Positions 1-12,900 of a DNA stretch of 64,000 nucleotides are shown here, one piece after another. The position numbers were made by a program, and so were the translations under genes. The notes beneath the pieces are model-generated. The model did no database searches. It was given only the letters and a program-made list of their open reading frames with translations, and had not been told where the DNA came from. Each line of letters opens with the position of its first letter. Position 1 is the first letter of the stretch. Where the stretch lies: contig CATNEN010000038.1 of the NCBI GenBank assembly GCA_950097015.1, positions 1,488,001 to 1,552,000 of the forward strand, in the 5' to 3' direction. The DNA is from Macrostomum hystrix. Taxonomy: Eukaryota > Animalia > Platyhelminthes.

Positions 1-309
1 GCCTCCCTTATTTTGGACTGTTCATCGGCTTCAGATTCACCATCATTCGCCTTTAGACTATAGATATATAGATCATTCCTTTCACTATGGAATATTATAA
101 TGCAGGGCCGAAAATTCGTAGAATGATATATTTACATACATTAGAATAATTACTGGATCACGATTATTAAGTCTTTCCTTCGTGCAGTGAATTATGCGTA
201 CGCTAGTTTAGTTCACGAAGGTAATTTTTTGAATTAGCGCGATTCTGAAAGACGCTTTATCACATAATAAGGCTATACTAATTAAGTTAAACAGAATTAA
301 AAAATACGG

Positions 310-425
310 AAACCCCGAACTCGAACACCCTACCCGAACCTCGAACCCGACCCGGACACCTACCCCCGAACCCCGAACCCGGTACCAAAACCCGACCCGA
401 CCCCGAACCCCGAACACCCCGAGTA
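310..425. repeat. Degenerate CCCGAA/CCCGA simple repeat
   Basis: Repeated ccccgaa/cccgac units. Confidence 0.7.
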
Positions 426-596
426 CCAGATCAATAACTAAACTAAACAACACAGAATTAGAATTTCCCATGACAGAATTTTACAATAACTTTACTGAGG
501 CATTTACTAAAGGGTCAGTCTGTCTTCTTTCTTCTGCACGTCTGAGAAATAGATTAAGATAACAGCATGCAAGCAAAAATAAATTATGCATTGCAG

Positions 597-2420
597 TACT
601 ACCAACAATCAGCGCAGTCTCCTGAGCAGGGAGCCGCTGACATTGGCGCAGGTCCCGGGGGTCAAAGTCTCCAGCAGCTGCCTCCCGGTTGGGAGCGGCG
701 AGTTGACCCGGCAACCAGGTGTCCATATTTTATCGATCACAACACCTGCACAACAACCTGGCGCGACCCGAGATTGCCACCTGGCCCTGCCCAGCAGCCG
801 CCGCAGACCGCCCAATCCGCATTTGGTCGCAGTGGTGCACCAATCAGAGAGATTCCAATACAGGTTGAGCCGGTGCCGGCATCAACAACTGCTCAGGCGG
901 GACCGAAGCCTGCTGTGGTAGTTGCCGCTGCGCCGCAGATGTACGACAGGAGTGCCTCTGATTCTGCAGCTGGGCAAGGTTCTTCTGCTGCTGCTTCAGG
1001 CACTGGCAGTAGAGAGTCTCGAAGTTATGGACTTAAGGTTAGTTTGATGCGAGGGCACCTGGCTTTCTTATGAAATCAATTATTGTTTTCAAAGCTACGG
1101 GGGAACCGTTTTGTTAACAAGCTTTGCGTCAAACAATAGATACGACCCGCTAAAAAATAGGGATGTTTCTTTGGGTGATTCCAGTTGGAATCTGCGGTGT
1201 TTCCAGAAAAAGAAACAGCCGAACGCTGGAAACATACCAATCGGATGATTCCATGCTTAGAATCTACCCAACTGGGCGTTTTCTCGGTGCTTCTTGGTGG
1301 CGAAATGGAATCACCCAAAGAATCCTCCAGTTCGGAAGATTCCATGCTCAGAAACCGCCGAGGAATCGCCCGTAAATAATTCTCTGGTTGTCCCATGGGC
1401 CACTGGTTCGGGTGATTCTACGGCGGTTTCCGCACAATTTACGGTTACATCGGCTGCTTCCTGGGTGGTTTCTCTAACTCTTGCGAGATAGGGGGATTTT
1501 GGTAGATTCCACTCCTATTTTGCACAAAAACCCGCCGAAGAAGCAGCCCAATTTTTTACAGGGGAGTTAAACATTTATTGAATTTACAGCTACAAAATCA
1601 AGCCAGCATGTACAGGGACTGGGGGACGCCACACCCACCCTCAATTACCCCAGCTGATGCTGGTACCCATTTAACAGCTGGGTGAACTGAATCAATGCAG
1701 AGTTAAGTGTCTTGTTAAAGGACACAAGTGGTTCTAGTGGAGTCGGGAATCGAACCCCCGACCTTGAAGTCGTTAGTCCGATGCTCTAACTACTTGGCTA
1801 CAACCTAATGAAACAGTGAAGAATAGAAGGTAAAATGACGAAAAGTGCTAAAAAATCTGAGTGGAAGCATGGAAGTTGAAATGTCTTTAAACGTTGTCGA
1901 AAAATTAGTTACCAATGTCAACAGCTATCAACAGTTCTCAGCAGCATTATCGTATATCCTAAAATATACTTGAGTTTGTTATAAATGTGTCATTTATTGA
2001 CAATCCTCACCCTGGCTTCAGCGGAGTGGGTATCTGGTAACTATCTTCCTCATTCTCCCGCAGGTTGACAGCCCATCTGTCGCTCGCAGCCGTTCTCCAT
2101 CGCCGATAGTTCAGAGCGCGTTAGAACGAATCCAAGCTGTGGAAGCCGAGAGCAGGCGCCTAGAGACAGACATCAAAGCCTACACTGGCCTGGCTAGCGA
2201 CAAGCAATATCGCCTACTGGAGGAGACGCTGACCAAGCTGATGATGCGGCTGGATGCCATCGAGTCGGCCGGAGAGTCGGACGTTCGCGACGCCAGGAAA
2301 GCCTGCGTCCAGTACATCCAGTCACTGCTGGACTATCTGGAGATGAAGGCGGCCGCCAATGCCTCCGCTGGAGATGAACAGCAACAGCAGCAGCATCAGG
2401 AACAGCAGCCAGCTAACTAA
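597..2420 (+). CDS. BAG3: BAG family co-chaperone with N-terminal WW domain (BAG3/starvin-like), 2 coding exons
   Basis: Exon 597-1037 (after ttgcag; alternative in-frame ATG at 567) encodes WW domain [31 protein letters not shown] and an IPIQVE (IPV-like) motif. Phase-0 GT-AG intron 1038-2063. Exon 2064-2420 encodes the BAG domain ([19 protein letters not shown]...[13 protein letters not shown]). Confidence 0.85.
1146..1563. mobile_element. Non-autonomous CMC/EnSpm-type MITE in the BAG gene intron
   Basis: Imperfect ~29-bp TIRs: cccgctaaaaaatagggatgtttctttgg versus reverse complement ccctgtaaaaaattgggctgcttcttcgg. CCC..GGG termini, 2-bp TSD GA. Confidence 0.65.
1590..1805 (-). mobile_element. 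tRNA-derived CORE-type SINE (family A), partial
   Basis: Minus strand shows a tRNA head (B box ggttcgattccc) followed by tgtgtcc..acaagacacttaactctgcattgattcagttcacccagctgttaaatgggtacc. Homologous copies at 9475, 20290, 23069, 24504, 42958. Confidence 0.8.
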
Positions 2421-3439
2421 GCAGAGCATTATTTCTCATTTATTCGGGCACACATAATTCTACTTGCTTAGATGGCAGACGATATTCTGTTCGATTTTTA
2501 TGCTCGATTTGGTCTGACGCTCGAACAGCTTCTTATAGATAATGAATATCAATAATCAGTTGGACTCTTGTCCAGATAGTTATCCATCCTATATGGAGCT
2601 CGTATTCCTTCATGTAAAATAGGCAGTGCTTCCCTCTCCACCAACTTCAACTGCATGCCTGCTGCTTTTATTTAACCATTGTTTGCTGTGCACCGTTAAC
2701 GAAATACCGTAATTCCCTCATTTTATTTAAACTCACCTTTCTCTTATTTACAGTCCCCTATCTCCCCTCTATTATTTCCCATTCTCCCATCCTCCTCCCT
2801 GTCTCCCATTGTTCTCCTTATTTCCTATTCTCCCATCCTCTTCTCCTATCCCTCATGCCTCATCGTACTCCCCCATATTTTCCCATTCCTTTACTTTCTG
2901 TAGCTTTGCATTCGCTAGAAACCGCCCACCTAACGCTGGACACCTTATTAAATTTCATTCAGTGTTGCATCAAGAGACCAAACAAATTTGTTTGATAATT
3001 CGACTCGATCTTCCCCTGAACAGCGCAGAGTCGATTTTTATAGGAACAAATTTATAGCTTTATGAAATGTTCTCGATATGCTACTTTAACTAACCAGTTT
3101 CGAGACTATCTGCAGTCATAAGTCTGCTTAAAGTATGTTTGTTCAGTTCTATTCTTAACTAATTTGCTTAATAAATCACAGAATGAATGTCAGCTTCCTC
3201 AGTCAAAAAAGTAGTAATTTCCCTTTTTGTTTTTTGTTGACACCATAATAGACTGTAGTACAGTTCCATAATTGCTGATCATGTTTAATTGCAACAGATG
3301 ATTCAGATCCGGATGTCAAAATCAGTTGTGATAGTTATAGAATGAGGTAGGAAAATCACAGGAATAGAGAACTAGCCTAGGTTAACGCGATAATCCTAGG
3401 ATTCGGAGATAAGCCTATGGTTATCGGAAAATCCAATGT

Positions 3440-4035
3440 TTATGAAATATTTCTTGTTTTATGGGATAATCCTAGGTTTATGGGATAATTCTAGGTTTGT
3501 GGGATAATCCTATGTTTATGGGATAATCCTATGTTTATGGGATAATCCTAGGTTTATGGTATAATCCTAGATTTAATGGATAATTCTACGTTTATGGGAT
3601 AATTTTAAGTTTATGGGATAATCCTAGGTTTATGGTATAATCCTAGGTTTATGGGGTAATCCTAGGTTTGTGGGATAATCCTATGTGTATGGGGTATTCC
3701 TAGGTTTGTGGGATAATCCTAGGTTTATGGGATAATCCTATGTTTATGGGGTAATCTTAGGTTTGTGGGATAATCCTAGGTTTATGGGATAATCCTATGT
3801 TTATGGGATAATCCTATGTTTATGGGGTAATCCTAGGTTTGTGGGATAATCCTATGTTTATGGGATAATCCTAGGTTTATGGGATAATCCTAGGTTTATG
3901 GTATAATCCTAGGTTTAATGGATAATTCTACGTTTATGGGATAATTTTAAGTTTATGGGATAATTTTAGGATTATGGGATAATGCTTGTCGTATGTATTT
4001 GGCAATAATCCTAGGTTTATGGGATAATCCTAGTG
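3440..4035. repeat. Minisatellite, 19-bp unit GGGATAATCCTAGGTTTAT
   Basis: About 30 tandem units with degenerate flanks, between BAG3 and RPS11. Confidence 0.95.
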
Positions 4036-4349
4036 TAAGCCTATAGTTATGCGATAATAAGAGTACTAGGTTTAAACAGTGATTATCGTAGGAATAGGGG
4101 ATTATCTCAAGACTATAGTATTTTAGAGTCTATTGTACAATCTCAGGATAATGGTGTAATCTCTGGATTAGGGATAACCCTATTGTTAGGAGATAATCGT
4201 CATCATGGCTTAGCCGCAGGTAATTCTCAGAGCTTGGTAGACTTTGTTATTGACGACGCGCATAACAGAAGTCACTTGGTAATTTTACAGCAATTTTCAA
4301 AGGCCTTTTTTCAAGCCGTAATAAGCGGACAACAAACTCAGCAGCAGCA

Positions 4350-4796
4350 ATGGCCGAACTGAACGAGCGAGCCTTCCAGAAGCAGGAGGTGCGCGGCAAG
4401 AAGGGCCGTCGCAATCACTACGTGAAGAACGTCGGCCTGGGCTTCAAGACGCCGCGCGAAGCCATCGAAGGCGGCTACGTTGACAAGAAGTGCCCATTCA
4501 CCGGCAATGTGCACATCCGCGGCCGCATCTTCACCGGAGTGGTCACCAAGATGAAGATGCAGCGAACCATTGTCATCAGGCGGGACTATCTGCACTTTGT
4601 GCAAAAATACCAGCGCTACGAGAAGCGGCACAAAAACATGTCCGTGCACCTGTCGCCCTGCTTTCGCGACGTCGAATTGGGCGACATTGTGACCGTCGGC
4701 GAGTGCCGTCCGCTGAGCAAGACGGTGTCGTTTAACGTTGTGAAAGTGAGCAAGGCTCGCGGCGGCAGCAAGAAGTCGTCATTTCAGAAGTTCTGA
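4350..4796 (+). CDS. RPS11: 40S ribosomal protein S11 (uS17), intronless CDS
   Basis: [91 protein letters not shown] at ~4869. Confidence 0.97.
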   Translation: MAELNERAFQKQEVRGKKGRRNHYVKNVGLGFKTPREAIEGGYVDKKCPFTGNVHIRGRIFTGVVTKMKMQRTIVIRRDYLHFVQKYQRYEKRHKNMSVHLSPCFRDVELGDIVTVGECRPLSKTVSFNVVKVSKARGGSKKSSFQKF

Positions 4797-5104
4797 TGAT
4801 GATAAAATGAAACCGCTGATGTGCCTCACCTGGGCACCTGTTGGCTAGAACTAATTCGCAAAGGCTTAAATAAATTTATAGGCTCCGTTCTGCTGTTTGA
4901 AACTTGTTTGCGGCCTGGATTAACTGCCTGTCTTCCATTTTATTCATTTAGATTAGAAGGAGCCTCAGGGCACGTTTCAAAGATTCTAATACAAGGTTTT
5001 TGCCGTCCGAATTTCAAATTAGTGAGCTATGTACTCCAATATGTAGCGTTCGATAATTGATTGAATAATCGATTATTGATTGGTTGATTGTTGTCTCATT
5101 ATTT

Positions 5105-5445
5105 AATTAGTTCATGTCCTTCAGGTTCCATTCTATGATTAGTTCATGTCCTTCAGGTTCCATTCTTTGATTATTTCATGTCCTTCAGGTTCCATTCTTT
5201 GATTAGTTCATGTCCTTCAGGTTCCATTATTTGATTAGTTCATCTCCTTCAGGTTCCATTATTTGATTAGTTCATGTCCTTCAGATTCCATTCTTTGATT
5301 ATTTCATGTCCTTCAGGTTCCATTCTTTGATTAGTTCATGTCCTTCAGGTTCCATTCTTTGATTAGTTCATGTCCTTCAGGTTCCATTCTTTGATTAGTT
5401 CATGTCCTTCAGGTTCCATTCTTTGATTAGTTCATGTCCTTCAGC
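5105..5445. repeat. Minisatellite, 32-bp unit TTAGTTCATGTCCTTCAGGTTCCATTCTTTGA
   Basis: About 10-11 tandem units between RPS11 and RNF41. Confidence 0.95.
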
Positions 5446-5631
5446 TCTTTCTATTTACGACTCTTTTGTGTCAAGATCATAATTGCCATTGTTGTGTTGA
5501 TGCGGGTGATAATGTTACTGAAGCAGGACTCCAGTGTTGTACAGTGAACTGTGAAGTCCTGAGTTGTTTCAAGGCAAAGATTTTCCATCATTCCAGTAAC
5601 TAAATATGTCCCTTTGAAAATAGCAATCAAC

Positions 5632-7068
5632 ATGGGCTTCGAACTAGCTCGCTTCGACACCGAAGTGGACGAAGAGCTCATTTGTCCAATCTGCGGCGGT
5701 GTGCTGGACTGTCCAGTTCAGGCTCCCGACTGTGAGCACACATTCTGCTCCGACTGCATCGACCAGTGGCTGCGGCTGAATCCCACCTGCCCGATCGACC
5801 GCCAGCCGCTGAATCCGCTGCACCTGAAGCCCGCGCCAAGGATTCTTAGAAACCTGCTGGCCCGCCTGTCCGTGGCCTGCGAATTTGAGTCGCTCGGCTG
5901 CTCGGCTCGCCTGAAACTGTGCAATGCTGCTCAACACGCCAGCGAATGTGAGCACAACCCGCTTAGACCAGTGCTGTGCTCAAGCGGCTGCGGCCTGCTT
6001 GTGCCCAGGGACCAGCTGGCCGAGCATTGTTGCATCAGGGCCCTGCGCGATCTCATGGATGAGATGCAGGCGGTGAGCTGTGTGTGGCATGATGGTCGGT
6101 GTGGACGGGGTGAGTGGCAGAACGGTTAACGCGTTTGCTTCTAGCACCAAGGTCTCTGAGCTCGGAAGCTTTTCGTGCAACTTACGTCCTTGAGGGCCTG
6201 TGTGTGTGTGTGCTCATGAGTCAGCGAAATGGGCAGAATTGCCTCACCAAATGATGTGGCATTGCCTGCAGCCCTCATGCAAAGTATAACATTGTGGGAA
6301 CCTACCCGTTGGAGATTGTCTTGCATTTCCACCAATAGGCCGGCGTGGATGAGTCTCGGATGTGTTTAGGTATCAGATTAGCGACAACTGTCGACTGGGG
6401 AGGTTGATTCATCATTACAATAGTGTGAACAGCTACTTTTGTTTAAATGCGTTGCAATCTCAGAAAAATCAACAGATCGTGACCCAGCTGCGCTGCGAGC
6501 AGGCTCAACTACGCCATCTGGTTGAAGACCTTCGCCGACAACTGCTAGCCGCCGGCATGTCGTCTAGGCCGTCGACAGCGATGTCGCCTCGCTCCGGACT
6601 AGCAGCTTCGGCAATCGATGTCACTGGCTACGGCGACGACGACCTTGCGACCTGGGCGAGAAGCCTACCGCTCGCCCGCGTCGTTCGCTGGGGCGGAGTC
6701 ATCTCAACGCCTGACTTGGTGCTGCAGGCTGTGGTGCGCCGGTCACTGGCTGAGACAGGCTGCCCTAATAGGTGAGAATTTATTCCATCCGTAGGCTTGG
6801 CAGAGTAGTTTGCAAACGCAGTAGTTGGTTGTTCTTACACAGACTGCTCACGGAGCTGATGGAGCGGGCTCACGAGCGTGGCTGGCCTGAAGGCGTGGCT
6901 TCGCTGGAGCAGCGGCAGGCGAATCGGCGCCAATACGACAGCTACGTGATTCGCCGAGTGCCAGGCAAGCAGGCTGTGCTGCTGCTGGCCTGCGAGAATC
7001 GGCACATGCCCCCAGGACTCATGCTGGAGCCCGGCGTTGTCATGATCTTTGCTCATGGCGTGGACTGA
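5632..7068 (+). CDS. RNF41: E3 ubiquitin ligase NRDP1/RNF41, 3 exons
   Basis: Exons 5632-6072, 6464-6771, 6843-7068 join in frame. MGFELARFDTEVDEELICPICGGVL RING, TRAF-like Zn fingers, and C-terminal USP8-interacting domain (WGGVISTPDLVLQ...ACENRHM...EPGVVMIFAHGVD). Confidence 0.95.
6110..6280 (+). mobile_element. tRNA-derived SINE family B, internally deleted, in RNF41 intron 1
   Basis: tggcagaacggttaacgcg head plus gagtcagcgaaatgggcagaattgcctc and aaatgatgtggcattgcc, matching the full copy at 44193-44557. Confidence 0.75.
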
Positions 7069-8669
7069 GCAGCCGTCATTCAGCTGTACGTATCTAGAGA
7101 CTGGAATCCTATGAGCGTATTTTGCTAACTGCAATCATTTGAATGTGACTTTAGTGATACTATTAAGTAGACTACAGTCGTAACTCGGTCGTAGCTCGTA
7201 TCATTCGCACGTTTGTAAATATCTGTGATAGAAAAAAGTTATGAGTACTTCGTTATTTTTACATTCCGGAACTCTCAGTCATCCAACGAATTGTCGCAGT
7301 TGCTTTTTTAGCTAATATAAAAGTACATAAAACGCTTTCTGCTTTGAATGCAGAAGATTCAGCTAAAGCAAACAAATATCACACAAGGCATCCGGTCTTT
7401 ATTCAAAACTTTGTTTCTCATGAGATTTTTACAATGAGGCCAACAACTGGTCTTTTTGTGGACCATCAAAACAACTGGTCTATTTGGTATGTACTTTATT
7501 TGACCTTGAAAATTGACAAAATAGAAACGTTTAGACCAGCAATGAAAACATTAAGACGTAGAAACAAAGGACGAATTAAAGTAACAAAGAATTCTAAAGT
7601 CAAACGAATGCACGAAAGTCCTTTGAAGGAACGGACGGAGGAATGGAGGATACTTTCGTTTGAGAACAGACATATTTTCCTATAAATGTGGTAGGCCTAG
7701 CAAAAGAAACAAACAAGCGATGAAAAAGCGCTAGAAAAAAGAAATAATGTGTACAGAACAACAGGAATGTAAATACATGTTATGAGAGTTAACAAGCAAC
7801 AAATCAATAAGAAGCACGCCTAATAGCTTTGCATAAGTCTGCATAGCAATAAAGACAAAATAAAAAATAGGCATAGGCATAAAAAACTTACAGTAAACTT
7901 TTCTGCAATAAAAAGACCCCACTGTGGTATGGAGTTCCACTTACACAGAAATATTGTACGGACAGTATGAAGACGAGCCTGAAAGCTTTGACTAGTGAAA
8001 TAAAAAGCTACGAGAACTGCAGGGGAAAACCTGATTTTCTCTGATTGGCCAGAAAGGAAAACGGAATGCTAGAAGGTCAGCAAAACCGGCTGCTAGTTAA
8101 ACGTCTGTCCATAAACTGGCATTATATTATTGTTAACTTTAATCGTCTATTGGTCAACTAATAACGAGCCTGCTTTTATCTGATAGGTCATCCAGTCAAC
8201 TTCAATCGTCTGATGGTCAACTAATAAGCAGCCTGCTGCTTATTTAATCAGCCTAAGCATGAAATTTAATCAATCTTGGTTGGTTGCTTGATTGTTTTGT
8301 AATTGATTTTCTCACGTACAGTTTAAACGATGTTTACCACTTCTTCAACAAAACATGCACAATATTTTTAGAATCGATATACACGCATTTTTTTCTCGTC
8401 TTTTTCCATCAAAGGGGGAAACCAGTTGCTAGTCTACTATACTAATAATGAAATCTTAATATTTATAGGATTTCTTTTATAAATTAAAACAAAAATACAA
8501 AAAATATATACTTAGTGTCATCATTATCATATTATCTATAGATTCGTCTTTATAAAAGTGGTCTCTATAACCCACTTCGATTGGTCTCTATAAGAATAGT
8601 GATGAAAGTCAACGTCGAAGTTACCTAGCAAGGCAATTTTCATGGAACAATAGTAAAACCGGCCGCGTC

Positions 8670-9119
8670 CTACTGGATGCTGCAACCAGTGTTAGAATTT
8701 GAGCCCGCGCCGCTGCCGCGACCGCCGCCTCGAGCCACCAAGAACGCCGACATCCACATGTCCAAATCTTCGTCAGTTTCGGCGCTAAGCGCCACAGTTT
8801 GCCGGCCGTCACCAGTGACGATTTCGAATGCGCGCTCTCGGCCAGCCAGGGGGCGCAGGGTGCAGGCGCTCAGCTGCAGGATCTTGGCACCGCGCCGTTT
8901 AATCCAGTCATCGATGCTGGACTCGCCGTTTGGCGGCTCGGCGGCGTAGGCGAGGCGCCCGCCGTTCAGCAGGCGGCAGTACACCCGCTCCCAGCGGTGA
9001 AGAATACGGGACCGCTTCTGCAGGTAGCCTTCAGCAGCGGCCGCCGCTGCCGGGGCTACGGTGGCTGTAGCGGGAGCAGCCGGTGCATCATCTGCCGGGC
9101 TCGCTGCTTCCTGAGACAT
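8670..9119 (-). CDS. Small single-exon PH-domain protein with C-terminal CaaX motif (CSIQ)
   Basis: ATG at 9119 follows the acceptor tttctcctccag (9125). PH signature EGYLQKRSRILHRWERVYCRL...FEIVT...LSAETDEDLDMWMSAF. Ends GCSIQ-stop. Confidence 0.85.
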   Translation of the reverse strand: MSQEAASPADDAPAAPATATVAPAAAAAAEGYLQKRSRILHRWERVYCRLLNGGRLAYAAEPPNGESSIDDWIKRRGAKILQLSACTLRPLAGRERAFEIVTGDGRQTVALSAETDEDLDMWMSAFLVARGGGRGSGAGSNSNTGCSIQ

Positions 9120-9474
9120 CACGGCTGGAGGAGAAAGGTACCGCTTGGTGGGTTCAAAACAGTTTGTCCAGCTAGACAATGTAAACACCACTGACATACA
9201 GGAGATAACTAAACCAGTTAGGCATGTAGTGCTAAAGAACTAGAGAATTTTGAGTCTCGCTTAGAGCTTCGAACTCTCGATTTCCCGGTTATAAGTCCGA
9301 AGCTCTAACTACAGGGCTTAATAAGCTCACAGCACATCAAAGGTTTCAGATGGTATTTATGTACACCGCCACTACACGCAGAGCAGTGAATAACTATCTG
9401 TTTAATTTGTTTAGGGAATTTAGCTGCTATTAAATTAGAAATTTAATAAACTACATCTATTTTACTGACAGCAC

Positions 9475-9660
9475 AGACTATGGCTGCGTACGGCTGTACA
9501 GTCCATGGACTGGGTGACGTCACAAGCACCCCTAATTACGCCAGCAGTTAAAGCTATGCAGAGTAAAGTGCCTTGCTAGATGACATCAACTGTTTTAATG
9601 AAGTCTGCAATCGAACCTCCGACCTTGAAGTCGTGTGACCGTATGTCTAACCGCTAGGCT
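9475..9660 (-). mobile_element. SINE family A copy (degenerate)
   Basis: ggctgcgtac..cagtccatggactggg..gcagagtaaagtgccttgcta..atcgaacc..ccgaccttgaagtcg, homologous to 42958-43240. Confidence 0.75.
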
Positions 9661-9945
9661 GAAATCACTATTATAATATACCATCTAAGAGTATCAGACA
9701 CACAATATACCCATAGCTACTGAATACACTAGAAACTACCTATTTATAGGCAATAAAATGCCAACAAATTAAGTCGAAGTCACCAAAACATCGGCGAAAA
9801 AGTGCAGTTGAGTTTATTTCACCAGCAATGACTGGTAAAGACAGACAATAATTGTATATTCGGAATGTACTTTCGTGCGGCACATCAACCGCACACTATA
9901 TATTGGACGGAAATCAAAGTACACAGAATGAAAATGAGAACAATT

Positions 9946-12900
9946 TTACTGAGCAGACGGCCGCTTCACAAACAACAGATGAGCATCCTTGGCTGAGTCG
10001 TTACCTCTAGGAGAAGGCTGAGCGCCAATGTCCTTGGCGAAGGTGGTGATTCGGTCCGCAAACTGAGACACGTGCTCTGGCCGCAGCTCCAGCATGTAAC
10101 TGAGGTGAATGAAAAAGATTTCACTTCTACCTTCGTTTGTTAATGAAATAATCTAACACAGCTAAATACCTTAACTAAATTTTCAAATTCTAAATCCACA
10201 TGGATACAGTACACAGTACATACAGAACATCTGCCCTGACTTTCAGGCAGTGTACGCACTCACTGTGCCTTTAGGGTTGGCCACTTATGGGCGTAAATTG
10301 CACGACAAGCCTCCAAGCCTTCGCTCCGCGGCTGCGCCCCAAATGAATGCGGCCTCGCCGAGGAATCGAGCTCAGGGACGTTGGTGAAAGGGTCAAACCA
10401 ATGAGTCATAGAGCATGAACTCACAGCGCTGACTCCACAGTCAGGACAGCGTTGTCAGCCAGCAATTGTGCCACTCCCGGCTCGGCCAACAGGTGGGCGG
10501 TGCTGTTTGAGAAGCTGGCCAATTGAATTTGGCCGCGATATTTCGCTTTGTTGGCGAGGGTTGCCAGGCTGCCCAGGGGCAGGAATGTGACAGTGACGTC
10601 ATCGACGGACAGCAAGCCGGCTGAAGATTGGCGGTGTTATTGTTGCCAGGCATGAGATTGTCACTGAGATTTTGAATACGCCTGAACCAGACTAATAAGT
10701 TTATGTAGGACCTTAGCCACTACTGATGCTAACGCATAGGCGTCAACCAGTTCTGCTGATGATCCTTCATGGGGCCTGAACCTCTCATGATGATCCTTCA
10801 TGGGGCCTGAACCTCTCATGATGATCCTTCATGGGGCCTGAACCTCTCATGATGATCCTTCATGGGGCCTGAACCTCTCATGATGATCCTTCATGGGGCC
10901 TGAACCTCTCATGATGATCCTTCATGGGGCCTGAACCTCTCATGATGATCCTTCATGGGGCCTGAACCTCTCATGATGATCCTTCATGGGGCCTGAACCT
11001 CTCATGATGATCCTTCATGGGGCCTGAACCTCTCATGATGATCCTTCATGGGGCCTGAAACTCTCATGATGATCCTTCATGGGGCCTGAACCTCTCATGA
11101 TGATCCTTCATGGGGCCTGAAACTCTCATGATGATCCTTCATGGGGCCTGAATCTCTAATGATGATCCTTCATGGGGCCTGAACCTCTAATGAAGATCCT
11201 TCATGGGGCCTGAACCTCTCATGATGATCCTTCATGGGGCCTGAATCTCTAATGATGATCCTTCATGGGGCCTGAACCTCTAATGATGATCCTTCATGGG
11301 GCCTGAAACTCTCATGATGATCCTTCATGGGGCCTGAACCTCTCATGAAGATCCTTCATGGGGCCTGAATCTCTAATGATGATCCTTCATGGGGCCTGAA
11401 CCTCTCATGATGATCCTTCATGGGGCCTGAACCTCTCATGATGATCCTTCATGGGGCCTGAACCTCTAATGAAGATCCTTCATGGGGCCTGAACCTCTCA
11501 TGATGATCCTTCATGGGGCCTGAACCTCTCATGATGATCCTTCATGGGGCCTGAACCTCTCATGATGATCCTTCATGGGGCCTGAACCTCGCATGATGAT
11601 CCTTCATGGGGCCTGAACCTCTCATGATGATCCTTCATGGGGCCTGAACCTCTCATGATGATCCTTCATGGGGACTGAACCTCTAATGATACTTTATGGG
11701 GCCTGAACCGGTACTTAGGTTTCGGAACATGTCCTGAGCATCCTGCATCATGAAATCTGAACCTGTTCTCAGGTACCTTCAAATCCCGCTAGATATTATA
11801 GCAAACGACAAACCTAAGCTGTTGTCTCCATCTCCGCCTGTCTCTGCCACCGTCGGCGTGGCCGTTTCCAAACTAGAAGCTTCAGCTTCAGCCTCCGCCT
11901 CGTTGACCTCGGCAACCCTGTCTGCAACCGAGCCGGCTGTCACCTGCTGGTACCTGGTCCCAGTACGCATCTCGTGCATCACGCTGCAGACATTGAATTC
12001 GCACACGGAAGCCACAGTGTTCACCCGCTGGCCATTCGCTGTTCGATCAAAATCCGGCCATTCGGAGGCCAGGCCCCAGCCCAGGTAGGGGCTGCACACA
12101 ATGTCACCCCAGTAGCCTCGCCTGGCGTGCCGCTCGCCGCCCACGCTAAACACGGCGCCGCTGCACAATGTCCTATTTGAGGCATCGTAGGCGCCATCTC
12201 GCAGACGGTAGGCCACACCTTTGGAGCGCCAGTGCAGGTACTCGGGCCGGCTAATCATCTGACCGCCTGGCCGCTCGCACAGCCGCATCTGGTGATCCCA
12301 GTCGAACACGTTGGGAATGGCGTCGTATCTGCGATGGGCAGCGATGGATTTGGGATTTCTAATCCTCAGATTCTGATCCCAATACAACCCTACCTGATCC
12401 TCAGATTCTTCTACCTGATCATCAGATTCTTCTACCTGATCCTCAGATTCTTCTACCTGATCATCAGATTCTTCTACCTGATCCTCAGATTCTTCTACCT
12501 GATCCTCAGATTCTCCTACCTGATCCTCAGATTCTGATCCCAATACAACCCTACCTGATCCTCAGATTCTTCTACCTGATCATCAGATTCTTCTACCTGA
12601 TCCTCAGATTCTTCTACCTGATCATCAGATTCTTCTACCTGATCCTCAGATTCTTCTACCTGATCATCAGATTCTTCTACCTGATCATCAGATTCTTCTA
12701 CCTGATCCTCAGATTCTCCTACCTGATCATCAGATTCTTCTACCTGATCCTCAGATTCTCCTACCTGATCCTCAGATTCTTCTACCTGATCCTCAGATTC
12801 TTCTACCTGATCCTCAGATACTTCTACCTGATCCTCAGATACTTCTACCAGATCCTCAGATACTTTTACCAGATCCTCAGATACTTCTACCAGATCCTCA

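Noticed and set aside
10757-11710. CRISPR-like array or tandem C/D snoRNAs (ATGATGA...CTGA in each unit)
   Set aside because: No unique spacers and no cas genes. The C/D-like boxes are only 13 nt apart and antisense to the host gene.
12329-12543. Acidic ESEDQV N-terminal extension of ORF 11779-12543
   Set aside because: Intronic repeat read in frame. DNAAF3 homology joins exon 1 directly to 12328.
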